A stretch of DNA of 64,000 nt from Squalus acanthias (lineage: Eukaryota), in assembly GCA_030390025.1 (NCBI GenBank), contig CM059433.1, positions 29,948,001 through 30,012,000 of the forward strand, read 5' to 3'. Shown here piece after piece: positions 26,755 through 39,667 of this stretch. Under the pieces are notes generated by a model. It made no database searches and was not told where the DNA came from. It saw only the letters and a program-made list of their open reading frames with translations. Positions within the stretch are counted from its first letter, which is position 1; each line of letters starts with the position of its first letter. A program made the position numbers and the translations under genes.

Positions 26755-28720
26755 TGTAAAGTTTCGCAATTATCGCGATTCAAAATAACGAAAGAGAAGC
26801 AGATTCGTTTAATCAGTTTATTTAAACGAAATGCTGTCATGATTAAAAAGGACACAGAAGCCTGTAAAATGGCCGCCGCGCATCGTGGCAGAAGCTTCCA
26901 GAAATACAGTGGGCAGACAAGATGGCGTTCGAATAAACATTTCAGTATAAGATTGGATCATACTCGGCAAACATTGATAAAGACAGGATGCAACCTGTTT
27001 GCATTCGAAACAATAGCAAAAGATATAAGTGCTGGAATCGTTTTCCATGCACAAGTAAGGGCCATTGTACTGGGCAATCGAAGGCCCATCCAGACACAGC
27101 AATACACATATACCCCCACGGCTCTACAATGAGAGAGCCATTCACGGGTGATTAAGTCAGTATTCGGGGAGGCCCCAAACCCAGTCAGGGAGACTCCTAG
27201 CCGGTTCGACAAAGGGGAAAAGATTAACGGATAGTTGGCCAGTTTCAGGTGCTACCGAAACCCGTTAAAGGAAAGAATCGCCCCATGCTGGGAGTTTTGT
27301 GCTCCAATATTTCACAAAGGACAAACATTAAGATTTGAGCGGGAGATAAGGGAACACAGCAGTATAACTATAGTGAACAAACGTCCATCGCTCTCTTATT
27401 CGCTTGCCGCTTCATGGACTCGCTTGACTGGTGAGCTTCTGTGTTTTTCTGGACTTTGTTGACTCTTAGCCGTACTGGTCGGTTATTCGAATGTTGGGTG
27501 GAGCTCAAACGGAACGAGCCGCCTCGACAAGGAGTTTGCACATTCTCCCCGTGTCTGCGTGGGTTTCCTCCGGGTGCTCCGGTTTCCTCCCACAGTCCAA
27601 AAATGTGCGGGTTAGGTTGATTTGGCTATGATAAATTGACCCTTAGTGTTAGGGGGGGATTAAATATGATGGGTTATGGGGATAAGATGGGATATGTTAG
27701 GGGGAATTAAATACGTGGGGTTACGGGGGTAGGGTGGGATATGTGTACTGTGGGGATTAAAGCAGGGACAGGGTACTGGATTTGGATGATCAGCCATGAT
27801 CGTATTGAATGGTGGAGCAGGCTCGACGGGCCGAATGGCCTACTCCTGCTCCTAGATTCTATGTTTCTATGTTTCTATGACAAGGGCAAGTGACCGGGTG
27901 CACCATCCCGAGAGTCGGTAAACGGTGTCTGGACCCGAAGGCCCGAAGAGACAAGACGAAACGAGACGAGAAGAAGAAGAACCCACGTGCCGCCACGGTC
28001 AGTAAACCCCGACCGCGCCCGAAAATACGATAAAAGACTCTTCATTGAAATCTACCGACAACCGGTGTCGGTACAGGAAGACTCTTCTTTGAATTTTACA
28101 AACGTTTCCGAGTTCTACCGAGTTCTTCATGACAAAAGACGGTCTGGCCTGCTTGTCGCAGCAGCGAAGATAAACAAGTGGGGTACAGAGACCCCTCCAA
28201 ACACGTGACAGTCAGGCGCTGCAGCGAACGAGCCGAGTGCCTCACTTTAAAATTCTCCGAAGTATCACGAGTGGTGAACATGTTTCCCGATCCTACAAAT
28301 CTAGATGTAGTGTAGGTAATGATAGGGGAGGGTGGTTTTATTAAGGATAAAGTATAATGTGTTCCCCTTTTTACGATGTGCTGTGCGTTCTTCATTACCA
28401 TAGACCAAGCTTTATGAATGTATGTATACTTGTACTCTCGTTAATTTGCGCCTATGACATGTATTTCATGATTTTGGACGCTATGCAATAAAATTTTCCA
28501 TTTCGTACTATTCAACCGGGTCTATTTGAGTTTTCTCTGCATTACTGCTCTTGCACCTAAGTCCAGTGTTAGAACCGTAAGGGCGACTGGGTCGAACCAC
28601 TCACAGGTGCTTATTGCAACAAGGCTGGCCGGAGACCAGAGCAAGCAATAGTATTAGGCAACGAAGGCCTAACCCTGCACCAGCACCGTCTGTGATACAA
28701 GCACGACAAAACCCCTTACA
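26755..28720 (+). repeat. 3' LTR (1613 bp + 353-bp SINE insertion)
   Basis: About 12 substitutions versus the 5' LTR by eye; the length difference equals the SINE plus its TSD. Confidence 0.95.
27533..27878 (+). mobile_element. 5'-truncated HE1/V-SINE-like SINE inserted in the 3' LTR
   Basis: Near-identical to 16799-17147; flanked by direct repeat GACAAGG (27526-27532 / 27879-27885); absent from the 5' LTR. Confidence 0.92.
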
Positions 28721-29889
28721 GCGTTTGACAGCTTTGAGAAGCTGTCAAACACTGACAATCTCTGTTCTAATGTAAGCCCTTGTACTGAAGACTCACCAAA
28801 CCTCTCTCCTTTGCAGAAATCAGATGGCTGCTGCATCGGAGAATGCAGCAGCCATTCTGTCATCTCTGCCATTGAAATGAGGCACCTCCGGATCCCCAAG
28901 GGTTGAAGCCTGCAGGAAGAAGCAAAGGTAAGGAAACTTTTTCTAACACTTTACACTCACCTCTCACACTTACCTCTCCACACTTGCACCCATCACTCAC
29001 CTCCACAGCGGACTTTTCGATCTCTCTCACCCCCGCAGACCCACTGCTCGCCTCGCTGACCCTGCCTGTTAACAGGCAGTTAATTGGCTGTAAAATCCTT
29101 CTCGCCTTGAGTAGACGGGTCCCTGCGCATGTCGAGGACCCGCCTCCCGAGAAGATGTCACGGAGGCGGGTTGGGAGCGGGGTTGGTATCCGCTCCAGGT
29201 TTCTGCCATTTTCCTGGCAGTCCCGCCACCATACCCGCCTCCCGAGGGCTGGGAAAATTCACCTCCACAGAATATACCACAACACAGAAATGTACAGCAA
29301 CACAGAAATATACAACAACACAGAATTATATCACAACACAGAAATATACAACAACACAGAAATGAACAATAAGACTGAAATATACAACACAGAAATATAC
29401 AATGACACAGAAATATACAACAACACAGAAATATACCACAACACAGAAATGAACAATAAGACTGAAATATACAACACAGAAATATACAACGACACAGAAA
29501 TATACAACACAAAAATATACCACAACACAGAAATATACAACAACACATAAGTACACAACACAGAAATATACAACACATGAATATACAACACAGAAATATA
29601 CAACACCAAAATATACCACAACACAGAAATATACAAAACAGAAATATACAACAACACAGAAATGTACAACACAGAAAGATATAACACAGCAATATAAAAC
29701 AAAGAAGTATATAACACAAAAATATACAACAACACAGAAATGTACATCAATACAGAAATATACAACACAGGTATATACCACAACACAGAAATACACCACA
29801 ACAGAGAAATATACAACACAGATATATACCATCACACAGAAATATACAACACAGAAATATAGAACTACACCGAAATATTCAACAACACA

Positions 29890-30724
29890 GGGCTGGATTT
29901 TCTCAATAGGGGCACTTTGGGGGCGAGACTGCTGGTTGTCGGGTTTCAGTCCCACCCCCAAAGATGTCTGGCCAACCCACGCTATTTTCCCTTGATGGTC
30001 CTTGTTAAGCCTGGGCTTAGCAGGCCCATTAAGGAAAGCCAGTGACAGAGGACGTCAGCGTATGACGTTTAATCTATCAAAAATGTTTGACAAATGAATT
30101 GTCAGCGTTTGACAACTTTGAGAAGCTGTCAAACACTGACAATCTCTGTTCTAATATAATCCCTTGCACTGAAGACTCACCAAACCTCTCTCCTTAGCAG
30201 AAATCAGATGGCTGCTGCATTGGAGAATGCAGCAGCCATTCTGGCATCAAGCCGTTGAGATGAGGCACCGCCGGATCCCCAAGGTTTGAAGCCTGCAGGA
30301 AGAAGCAAAGGTAAGTAAACTTTTTCTAACACTTTACACTCACCTCTCATACTTACCTCTCCACACTTGCACCCATCACTCACCTCCACAGCGGACTTTC
30401 AATCCCTCTCACCCCCGCAGACCCACTGCTCTCCTCGCTGACCCTGGCGGGTTTGCCCGACATCGGGAAGCCTGCACTTGCAGAGGTAAAATGGGGTTAA
30501 GTCTCTTACCTGCCTGTTAACTACCTGTTAACAGGCAGTTAATTGGCTGTAATCCCCTTCCCACCTTGAGGAGACAGGTCCCTGAGCGAGTCGAGGGCCC
30601 GCCTCCCGAGAAGATGTCACGGAGGCGGGTTGGGAGTGGGGTTGGTACCCGCTCCCTGTTTCTGCCAATTTCCTGGCAGTCCCGCCTCTATACCCGCCTC
30701 CCCAGGGCTGGGAAAATTCCCCCC
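29890..30724 (+). mobile_element. Harbinger-like MITE, array copy F
   Basis: Both termini present; ACA flanks. Confidence 0.8.
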
Positions 30725-31543
30725 ACAGAAATATACCACAACACTGAAATGTACAGTAACACAGAAATATACAACAACACTGAAATATCCAACAACACTG
30801 AAATATGCCACAACACTGAAATATACCACAACACAGAAATATATAACAACACAGAAATATACAACACAGAAATATACAACACAGAAATATACCACAACAC
30901 AGAAATATACAACAGAGAAATATACAACACAGAAATATACAACAACACTGAAATATCCAGCAACACTGAAATATGCCACAATGCTGAAACATACCACAGC
31001 ACAGAAATATACAACAACAGAGATATACAACACAGAAATATCAAACAAAGAAATATATCACAACACAGAAATATACAACACAGAAATATACAACAACACA
31101 GAAATATACAACACAGAAATGCATAACAACACAGAAATGTACAACACAGGAATATACCACAACACAGAAATATACAACACAGAAACAAACAACACAGAAA
31201 TATACCACAACACAGAAATGTACAGTAACACAGAAATATACAACAACACTGAAATATCCAACAACACTGAAATATACCACAACACAGAAATATACAACAC
31301 AGAAATATATCGCAACACAGAAATATACAACACAGAAATATACAACAACACAAAAATGTACAACACAGAAATATACAACACAGAAATATACCACAACACA
31401 GAAATATACCACAACACAGAAATATACTACAACACAGAAATATTCAACAACACAGAAATATACAACACAGAAATATACAACAACACAGAAATATACAACA
31501 CAGAAATATATAACACAGAACTATACCACAACACAGAAATATA

Positions 31544-32216
31544 TGACGTTTGGCCAACCCACGCTATTTTCCCTTGATTGTCCTTGCGAAGCCCGGGCTT
31601 AGCAGGCCCATTAAGGGAAAGCCAGTGACAGAGGACATCAGCTTACGAAATTTTTGACAGATGAATTGTCAGCGTTTGACAGCTTTGAGAAGCTGTCAAA
31701 CACTGACAATCTCTGTTCTAATGTAAGCCCTTGTACTGAAGACTCACCAAACCTCTCTCCTTAGCAGAAATCAGATGGCTGCTGCATCTGAGAATGCAGC
31801 AGCCTTTCTGTCATCTCTGCCATTGAAATGAGGCACCTCCAGATCCCCAAGGGTTGAAGCCTGCAGGAAGAAGCAAAGGTAAGGAAACTTTTTCTAACAC
31901 TTTACACTCACCTCTCACACTTACCTCACCACACTCGCATCCATCACTCACCACCACAGCGGACTTTTCGATCTCTCTCACCCCCGCAGACCCACTGCTC
32001 GCCTCGCTGACCCTGCCTGTTAACAGGCAGTTAATTGGCTGTAAAATCCTTCTCGCCTTGAGTAGATGGGTCCCTGCGCATGTCGAGGACCCGCCTCCTG
32101 AGAAGATGTCACGGAGGCGGGTTGGGAGCGGGGTTGGTATCCGCTCCCAGTTTCTGCCATTTTCCTGGCAGTCCCGTCACCATACCCGCCTCCCGAGGGC
32201 TGGGAAAATTCACCCC
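31544..32216 (+). mobile_element. Harbinger-like MITE, array copy G (same 5' truncation and internal deletion as copy E)
   Basis: Shared breakpoints with copy E; no LTR insertion. Confidence 0.8.
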
Positions 32217-32648
32217 ACAGAAATATACCACAACACAGATATGTACAGCAACACAGAAATATACAACAACACATAAATACACAACACAGAAATATATAAC
32301 ACAGAAAAATACAACACCAAAATATACCACAACACAGAAATATACAAAACAGAAATATACAGCATCACTGAAATGTACAACACAGAAAGATATAACACAG
32401 AAATATACAACACAGAAATATACCACAATCGAGAAATATACAACACAGAAATATAAAACAAAGAAATATATAACACAAAAATATACAACAACACAGAAAT
32501 GTACATAAATACAGAAATGTACAACACAGGTATATACCACAACAAAGAAATACACCACAACAGAGAAATATACAACACAGACATATACCATCACACAGAA
32601 ATATACAACACAGAAATATAGAACTACACCGAAATATACAACAACACA

Positions 32649-33466
32649 GGGCTGGATTTTCTCAATAGGGGCACGTTGGGGGCGAGACTGCTGGTTGTCG
32701 GGTTTCAGTCCCGCCCCCAAAGACGTCTGGCCAACCCACGCTATTTTCCCTTGATTGTCCTTGTTAAGCCCGGGCTTAGCAGGCCCATTAAGGGAAAGCC
32801 AGTGACAGAGGACGTCAGCGTATGACGTTTCACCTGTCATAAATGTTTGACAGATGAATTGTCAGCGTTTGACAGCTTTGAGAAGCTGTCAAACACTGAC
32901 AATCTCTGTTCTAATGTAAGCCCTTGCACTGAAGACTCACCAAACCTCTCTCCTTAGCAGAAATCAGATGGCTGCTGCATCGGAGAATGCAGCAGCCATT
33001 CTGTCATCTCTGCCATTGAGATGAGGCACCTCCGGATCCCCAAGGGTTGAAGCCTGCAGGAAGAAGCAAAGGTAAGTAAACTTTTTCTAACACTTTACAC
33101 TCACCTCTCACACTTACCTCTCCACACTTGCACCCATCACTGACCTCCACAGTGGACTTTTCAATCCCTCTCACCCTCGCTGACCCTGGCGGGTTTGCCC
33201 GACATCGGGAAGCCTGCACTTGCAGAGGTAAAATGGGGTTAAGTCTCTTAACTGCCTGTTAACTACCTGTTAACAGGCAGTTAATTGGCTGTAATCCCCT
33301 TCCCACCTTGAGGAGACGGGTCCCTGAGCGAGTCGAGGGCCCGCCTCCCGAGAAGATGTCACGGAGGCGGGTTGGGAGTGGGGTTGGTACCCGCTCCCTG
33401 TTTCTGCCAATTTCCTGGCAGTCCCGCCTCTATACCCGCCTCTCCAGGGCTGGGAAAATTCCCCAC
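32649..33466 (+). mobile_element. Harbinger-like MITE, array copy H
   Basis: Both termini present; closest to copy F. Confidence 0.8.
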
Positions 33467-33820
33467 ACAGAAATATACCACAACACAGAAATGTACAGTA
33501 ACACAGAAATATACAACAACACTGAAATATCCAACAACACTGAAATATGCCACAATACTGAAATATACCACAACACAGAAATGTACAACACAGAAATATG
33601 CAACACAGAAATATACAACACAGAAATATAGAACTACACAGAAATATACGACACAGAAATATACAATGCAGAAATATACCACAACACAGAAATATACCAC
33701 AACACAGAAACATACAACACAGAAATATACAACACAGAAATATAGAACTACACAGAAATATACAACACAGAAATATACAATGCAGAAATATACAACAACA
33801 CAGAAATATACAACAACACA

Positions 33821-34642
33821 GGGCTGGATTTTCTCAATAGGGGTGCGTTGGGGGCGGGACTGCTGGTTGTCGGGTTTCAGTCCCGCCCCCAACGACGTCT
33901 GGCCAACCCACGCTATTTTCCCTTGATTGTCCTTGTTAAGCCCGGGCTTAGCAGGCCCATTAAGGGAAAGCCAGTGACAGAGGACGTCAGTTTACGAAGT
34001 TTTTGACAGATGAATTGTCAGCGTTTGACAGCTTTGAGAAGCTGTCAAACACTGACAATCTCTGTTCTAATGTAAGCCCTTGTACTGAAGACTCACCAAA
34101 CCTCTCTCCTTTGCAGAAATCAGATGGCTGCTGCATCGGAGAATGCAGCAGCCATTCTGTCATCTCTGCCATTGAAATGAGGCACCTCCGGATCCCCAAG
34201 GGTTGAAGCCTGCAGGAAGAAGCAAAGGTAAGTAAACTTTTTCTAACACTTTACACTCACCTCTCACACTTACCTCTCAACACTTGCACCCATCACTCAC
34301 CTCCACAGCGGACTTATCGATCTCTCTCACCCCCGCAGACCCACTGCTCGCCTCGCTGACCCTGGCGGGGTTTCTTGACATGGGGAAGCCTGCACTTGCA
34401 ATGGTAAAATGGGGTTAAGCCTCTTAACTGCCTGTTAACTACCTGTTAACAGGCAGTTAATTGGCTGTAATGCCCTTCCCGCTTCAAGGAGACGGGGCCC
34501 TGCGCGAGTCGGGGACCCGCCTCCCGAGAAGATGGCACGGAGGCGGGTTGGGAGCGGGGTTGGTACATGCTCCCAGTTTCTGCCATTTTCCTGGCAGTCC
34601 CACCTCCATACCCACCTCCCCAGGGCTGGGAAAATTCCCCCC
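33821..34642 (+). mobile_element. Harbinger-like MITE, array copy I
   Basis: Both termini present; ACA flanks. Confidence 0.8.
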
Positions 34643-35894
34643 ACAGAAATATACCACAACAAAGAAATGTACAGCAACACAGAAATATACAACAACACTG
34701 AAATATACCACAACACAGAAATATACAACAACACTGAAATATACCACAACACAGAAATATACCACAACACAGAAATATACAACAACACAGAAATATACAA
34801 CAACACTGAAATATACCACAACACAGAAATATACCACAACACAGAAATATACAACAACACAGAAATATACAACAACACTGAAATATACCACAACACAGAA
34901 CTATACAACAACACTGAAATATACCACAACACAGAAATATACAACACAGAAATATACAACAACACTGAAATATACAACAACACTGAAATATACAACACTG
35001 AAATATACAACACTGAAATATACAAAACACAGAATTGTACAACACAAAGATATACGACACAGAAATATACCACAGCACAGAAATATACAACACAGGAATA
35101 TACCACAACACAGAAATATACAACAACACAGAAATATACAACAACACTGAAATATACCACAACACAGAACTATACAACAACACTGAAATATACCACAACA
35201 CAGAAATATACAACACAGAAATATACAACAACACTGAAATATACAACAACACTGAAATATACAACACTGAAATATACAACACTGAAATATACAAAACACA
35301 GAATTGTACAACACAAAGATATACGACACAGAAATATACCACAGCACAGAAATATACAACACAGGAATATACCACAACACAGAAATATACAAAACACAGA
35401 AATATACCACAACACAGAGATATACAACTCAGAAATATACCACAATACAGAATTATATCACAACACAGAAATATACAACACGGAAATGCACAACAGCACA
35501 GAATTATACCAGAAACACAGAAATATACCACATACAGAGAACAAAATTATGTTCCTTTTAATACATCTTGCAGTCTTACTCTTTTATTTTACAGCAATCA
35601 TCAATTATCCAGAAGTAAATCAAACTAAACGTATTTTGTTCTGAGCAAAGTCTATGCAGGTAATGCAGGTCAAAGTTCCAGGATTGAAAATAGGCCCAAC
35701 AGGAAGTAATAGTGCTTCACTGATGGAAGACATTCACCCTCATGCCTCATTTTGTCTGCTCTTTGTCTGGACACCAGAGCGAGTTGACTAGACGTCATCA
35801 GTCCTGGCAGTTTCTGGCAGCCCATATCTCTGAGGAGGCAGACGGCCAACCTTCTTTCTCCTGTATCTTGTTTTATTGCTTCAGACTGAAAGCG

Positions 35895-36505
35895 TTGAAA
35901 GAGTTATTCAATTAGTCCCACTCTCCTGCTCATACCCCATAGCCCTGCAAATTTTTCCCCTTTAAGCATTTATCCAATTTCCTTTGAGAGTTATTATTGA
36001 ATCTGCTTCCACCACCCTTTCAGGCGGAGCATTCCGGATCACAATAACTTGCTGCATTAGAAAAAATCCTCATCCCCCCTCTGGCTCTTTTGCCAATTAT
36101 CTTAAATCTTTATCCTTTGGTTACCGAACCTCCTGCTTGGAAAGTTTCTCCTTATTAACTCTATCAAAACCCCTCATGATTTTGAACACCTCTATTAAAT
36201 CTCCCCTGAACCTTCTCTGCTCTAAGCAGAACAATCCCAGTTTCTCTAGTCCTTCCACATAACTGAAGTCCCTCATCCCTGGTACCATTCTAGTAAATCT
36301 CTGTACCCTCTCCAAGGATGTCTTGATATCCTTCTTAAAGTGTGGTGCCCATAATTGGACACAATACTCCAGCTGAGACCTAACCAGTGTTTTATAAAGG
36401 TTTAGCATAATTTCCTTGCTTATGTACTCTATGCCTCTATTTATAACGCTGAGAATCCCATATGCTTTTTTAACAGCCTGATCAACTTGTCCTCCCTCCT
36501 TCAAA
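35895..36505 (-). mobile_element. CR1-type LINE 3' fragment
   Basis: Translation LYKTLVRSQLEYCVQLWAP..LEKLGLFCLEQRRFRGDLIEVFKIM is typical of the CR1 ORF2 C-terminus. Confidence 0.88.
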
Positions 36506-36577
36506 TCACAACCTACCTGTTCAGTCTAAGCTTCATCATGAAATGGTCCTCTACGATGTTCAAGTGGCTGATTCTAT

Positions 36578-36940
36578 TGTGGTAGTGTAGCGGTCGTGTT
36601 GCTGGACTAGTATTTATTCGAGAGACCCTCCCCACCACAGCAGTATGAGAATTGTAATCCACTTTAAAATAAAGAATCTTGAAATAAAAAGTTGATATCA
36701 GTATAAATGACCATAAAACCCAACTAGTTTACTGATGTCCTTTAGGGAAGGAAATCTGTCATCCTTACCCGGTCTGGGCCTATTTGTGCCTCCAGTCCCA
36801 CTCCAATGTGATTGTCTCTTAACTGCCTTCTGAATTGGTCTAGCAAACCACTCAGTTGTACCAAACCCCTTTCAGGGCAACTAGGGATGGGCAATAAATG
36901 CCGGCCTTGACAGTGACGCCCACACCCCAAAAATGAATAT
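36578..36940 (+). mobile_element. Degenerate SINE-like interspersed repeat
   Basis: tRNA-like 5' start and a LINE-like tail GGGATGGGCAATAAATGCCGGCC; recognised from memory of shark repeats. Confidence 0.4.
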
Positions 36941-37996
36941 ATAAAACAGATCAGCTACCTAGGGTATTTTGCTCAGTGACTGGTTCCCTTCTCTGTGTCC
37001 AGGACACCTTGCTGTCCTTATGACAACTGACAGTGGCTGCTATATCCATTCTATGAGGCTGCAGAGTCCTCTGTACAATTCACTTCTGTCAGTGTTGTGC
37101 TAATACAGTATTTCAAAGGCTTACCCTTCCTTCATATCACCAATGCCAAGTCTGAATGTGAGTTCAGGAATCAATTTTTGTTTATGTTCTCCCCCCATCT
37201 TCCCATGCAAGTCTACAGAAATGCCTCAGGACTTGTTTTCATAAAGCGACCAATAGTCCTTAACAGTTTTTGATTTGCTCATCTCGTTTACCCATTTTAA
37301 GATGGGAGCAAGACTCAAGAGTCATTGTAATATGAAGAATCCATCCCTGCTTTCTGCCAGTCCTGCTCCTCTGTTCATTCTTGAGAACTGTTTTGTTAAA
37401 CTTAATGTCCAGAGGAAAATATGGCCCAATATTTTTCATATATCTCCTGATATAAAAGCAAAAAAGTCAATCTTCGATGATTTCATAGAAATAACTGCTA
37501 GAAGTACATACAGTGCTTGTTTTTTTTTAAAGAAAAAAATAACGCCTTGTCTTCCCAGTTTACTTAATCTATCAAATTCCATTAAAATGTTACATTATAC
37601 AAGTTTGTCGTGCATTGTAGAAGTATCATGTGAAGGGACAGGATTCGAAGGGAAATGATTTCCTTCTCAAGTATCAGGCCTCCAACCCAGATTCCTAGAC
37701 ATCAAATCAAGTGATAGAAGCACACCTGCCTTAAGGATTTACCCCCTCCTCCCACCGCACCCCAATTCAGAGAATGAGGACTTATTTTCTGATTGGAGAG
37801 CTTTGAAACATTGTTATGAAGAGGAAGTGTCTATATATATTGTACATGATACATTGTATTTGATATATTGTATATTATATATGATCTATTGTATGCTATG
37901 TATTGTATATGGTGTACTATAATTACATATTGTGTATGATGTATTATATATTGTATATAATACATTGTGGGGGATATATTGTATATGATATATTTT

Positions 37997-39151
37997 CTAG
38001 ATGAAATACTCTAGGTATTTGTCCTCCTCGCCATCCAATGGCTGTGTCTTCAATTCAAACCGTTTGACGGCAATGAAATGCTGTGCGAAGGGCTCCCCCA
38101 GTGCTCTCCGGATGCAGTGATCATGCTCTAGCGCATCGAGTGCGTCCTCCAGCTGCACGGGAATGGCGCAGGGTTTCAGTGTCTCACTGTCGGATAACCC
38201 CCTCCTGAGACCATCCAGGCCCGCGGCCACGGTGGCGGCGAGGACAACGTAAGGATTCGCCACCGCCGATCCCAACCGGTTTTCGAGGCAGGCGCCTCCG
38301 CCTCCGTGAAACTTGCTGTTAAAGATGCAGCTGTTGTCGTTGGACCCGCAGGTCACGTCGACGGCCCCTTCACCCTTCCCGTTTCTGTAGCGCTTGCGGC
38401 AGCTCATGCCAGACGCCACGAGGCAACTGAGGGCGGCGGCATGCAGCACCAGCCCAGCCTGCCACTTCTTCCCGATGCTTGACAGCTCCCGTGCTGCCGT
38501 CGAGTCGTAGAAGAGATTCTGCTTCCCGTTTGCATCCCACAGGCTGTGGGAAAGCGCACCCGAATTGCCAAAGCTCGAGGGCGTGAAGAAGCTGGCGGCG
38601 TGATCATGCTTCCTCGCCAGCTCTTTGACGCCAGTCCTGAACGCGAATGCATTGTCCGCTGCACCCATCCCAAATTCGGCTCGAAGTGAAACCTCCATTT
38701 GGCCAGGCCCGCTCGAACAGGAAAAGCTTTCAACATCGACCCCAGCACCGTACATGCTTTCAATTAACTCCTGCACAAAGCACTGGTTGTGGTTGTTCAG
38801 GAGGGTTGCAGCAGGGAAAAGTGCCGGTGCGTCTAATGTCTGAGCAAAGCTATAGAGGCAAAACTCATAGGTGAAGGACGAACGCAAGGCAAAGCCATAT
38901 GCTCGGAGCTGCCTCAGTTGAAGCTTTGCTACTTGTCTAGGGGACGTCAGAAGAGGGCTGCCTATTATTGAGCACGAATCGCAAATGACCCTTGCGGTTT
39001 TCTCAGCCCACGGGAGGACTCTAAAGGTCGCTATGTCAGGCATTAGGAGTATGTCACTATTGAAACTGGAATGGTCTACTTCATTTTCCTTCGGGCTCAA
39101 TGTTAGCTCCAGATAACCTCTTGGCATGGGCACACCGTGTAACGCTTTCTC
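37997..39151 (-). CDS. LGSN: Lengsin (glutamine-synthetase-like lens protein), last coding exon
   Basis: EKALHGVPMPRGYLEL..TFRVLPWAEKTARVICD..GQMEV..ADNAFAFRTGVKE matches vertebrate lengsin; acceptor CAG at 39152-39154, phase 0; TAG at 37997. Confidence 0.95.
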   Translation of the reverse strand, partial: EKALHGVPMPRGYLELTLSPKENEVDHSSFNSDILLMPDIATFRVLPWAEKTARVICDSCSIIGSPLLTSPRQVAKLQLRQLRAYGFALRSSFTYEFCLYSFAQTLDAPALFPAATLLNNHNQCFVQELIESMYGAGVDVESFSCSSGPGQMEVSLRAEFGMGAADNAFAFRTGVKELARKHDHAASFFTPSSFGNSGALSHSLWDANGKQNLFYDSTAARELSSIGKKWQAGLVLHAAALSCLVASGMSCRKRYRNGKGEGAVDVTCGSNDNSCIFNSKFHGGGGACLENRLGSAVANPYVVLAATVAAGLDGLRRGLSDSETLKPCAIPVQLEDALDALEHDHCIRRALGEPFAQHFIAVKRFELKTQPLDGEEDKYLEYFI

Positions 39152-39667
39152 CTGTGAAGGAAGCACAAGTTTGGCTGAGTTAATCGCCATGCAATTCTTT
39201 TGCAATTCGAAAGCATTTAGTGTTGGTAATTTAAAAGAATATTTATGTCACCAATTTAGCACACAGTAAAATGGTTGACTGCCTTGATGCACTGCAAAGT
39301 TAAAGCAATGTGTAAATTTGTCTCACAAATAGGGCTGGGAGCTAATTCAATTGGATCTACAAAATTAGATAGTTAAAACCAACACTCTTTCAGTATCTAA
39401 GAACTACTGCTTAGAACACGTGAACGAGGAAAGTCCATTTCGCTCATTAAGTCTGCACCTTCCACAAACCGATTTTACCCCAGCCTCCTGAGGGGCAGTT
39501 ATGTGCAAATAATTCCTAATCCCCGAAACTAATAAAACTATACTCCAGAAAACACATCCATCTTCATTCTCTGACCATTCAACACTGGCCTGCAGCAAGC
39601 TGCATTCCTCCCTCCCATCTCCCTACTCTGCAGAGAACTATTGTGAATTGTGGAGTATTTAATTAGG

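Larger units (their letters stand above)
19283..28720 (+). mobile_element. LTR retroelement / endogenous retrovirus-like provirus (gag - ORF2 - env, no pol); lokiretrovirus-like by inference
   Basis: Paired LTRs TGTAA...TTACA; 4-bp TSD GCGT (19279-19282 / 28721-28724); PBS-like TGG at 20901; PPT before the 3' LTR; gag and env ORFs. Confidence 0.95.
19151..29266 (+). mobile_element. Harbinger-like MITE, array copy E (5'-truncated), split by the LTR element (19151-19282 + 28721-29266)
   Basis: The two halves rejoin to the empty-site sequence GAATTGTCAGCGTTTGACAGC seen in the other copies. Confidence 0.85.
1..35535. repeat. Tandem satellite array of 15/18-bp monomers (ACAACACAGAAATAT / ACCACAACACAGAAATAT), interrupted by MITE copies, one SINE and an LTR element; runs off the left edge
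   Basis: Directly visible degenerate monomers; A/C-rich plus strand; ends near 35535 where unique sequence starts. Confidence 0.98.

Noticed and set aside
3078..34642. Repeat-spacer alternation superficially like a CRISPR array or integron
   Set aside because: Eukaryotic context; the 'spacers' are satellite, the repeats are ~780-bp MITEs, and there are no cas or integrase genes
192..35644. Hundreds of long ORFs (VVYFC, TTQKY, YNNTEI, CCIFL repeats) resembling mucin, antifreeze or membrane proteins
   Set aside because: They are open in all six frames because the monomers are multiples of 3 without stops; frames switch at random and there is no gene structure
39152..39205. ORF-track start MQKNCMAINS.. 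for a standalone glutamine synthetase
   Set aside because: Intronic; lengsin homology begins at the splice acceptor at 39151
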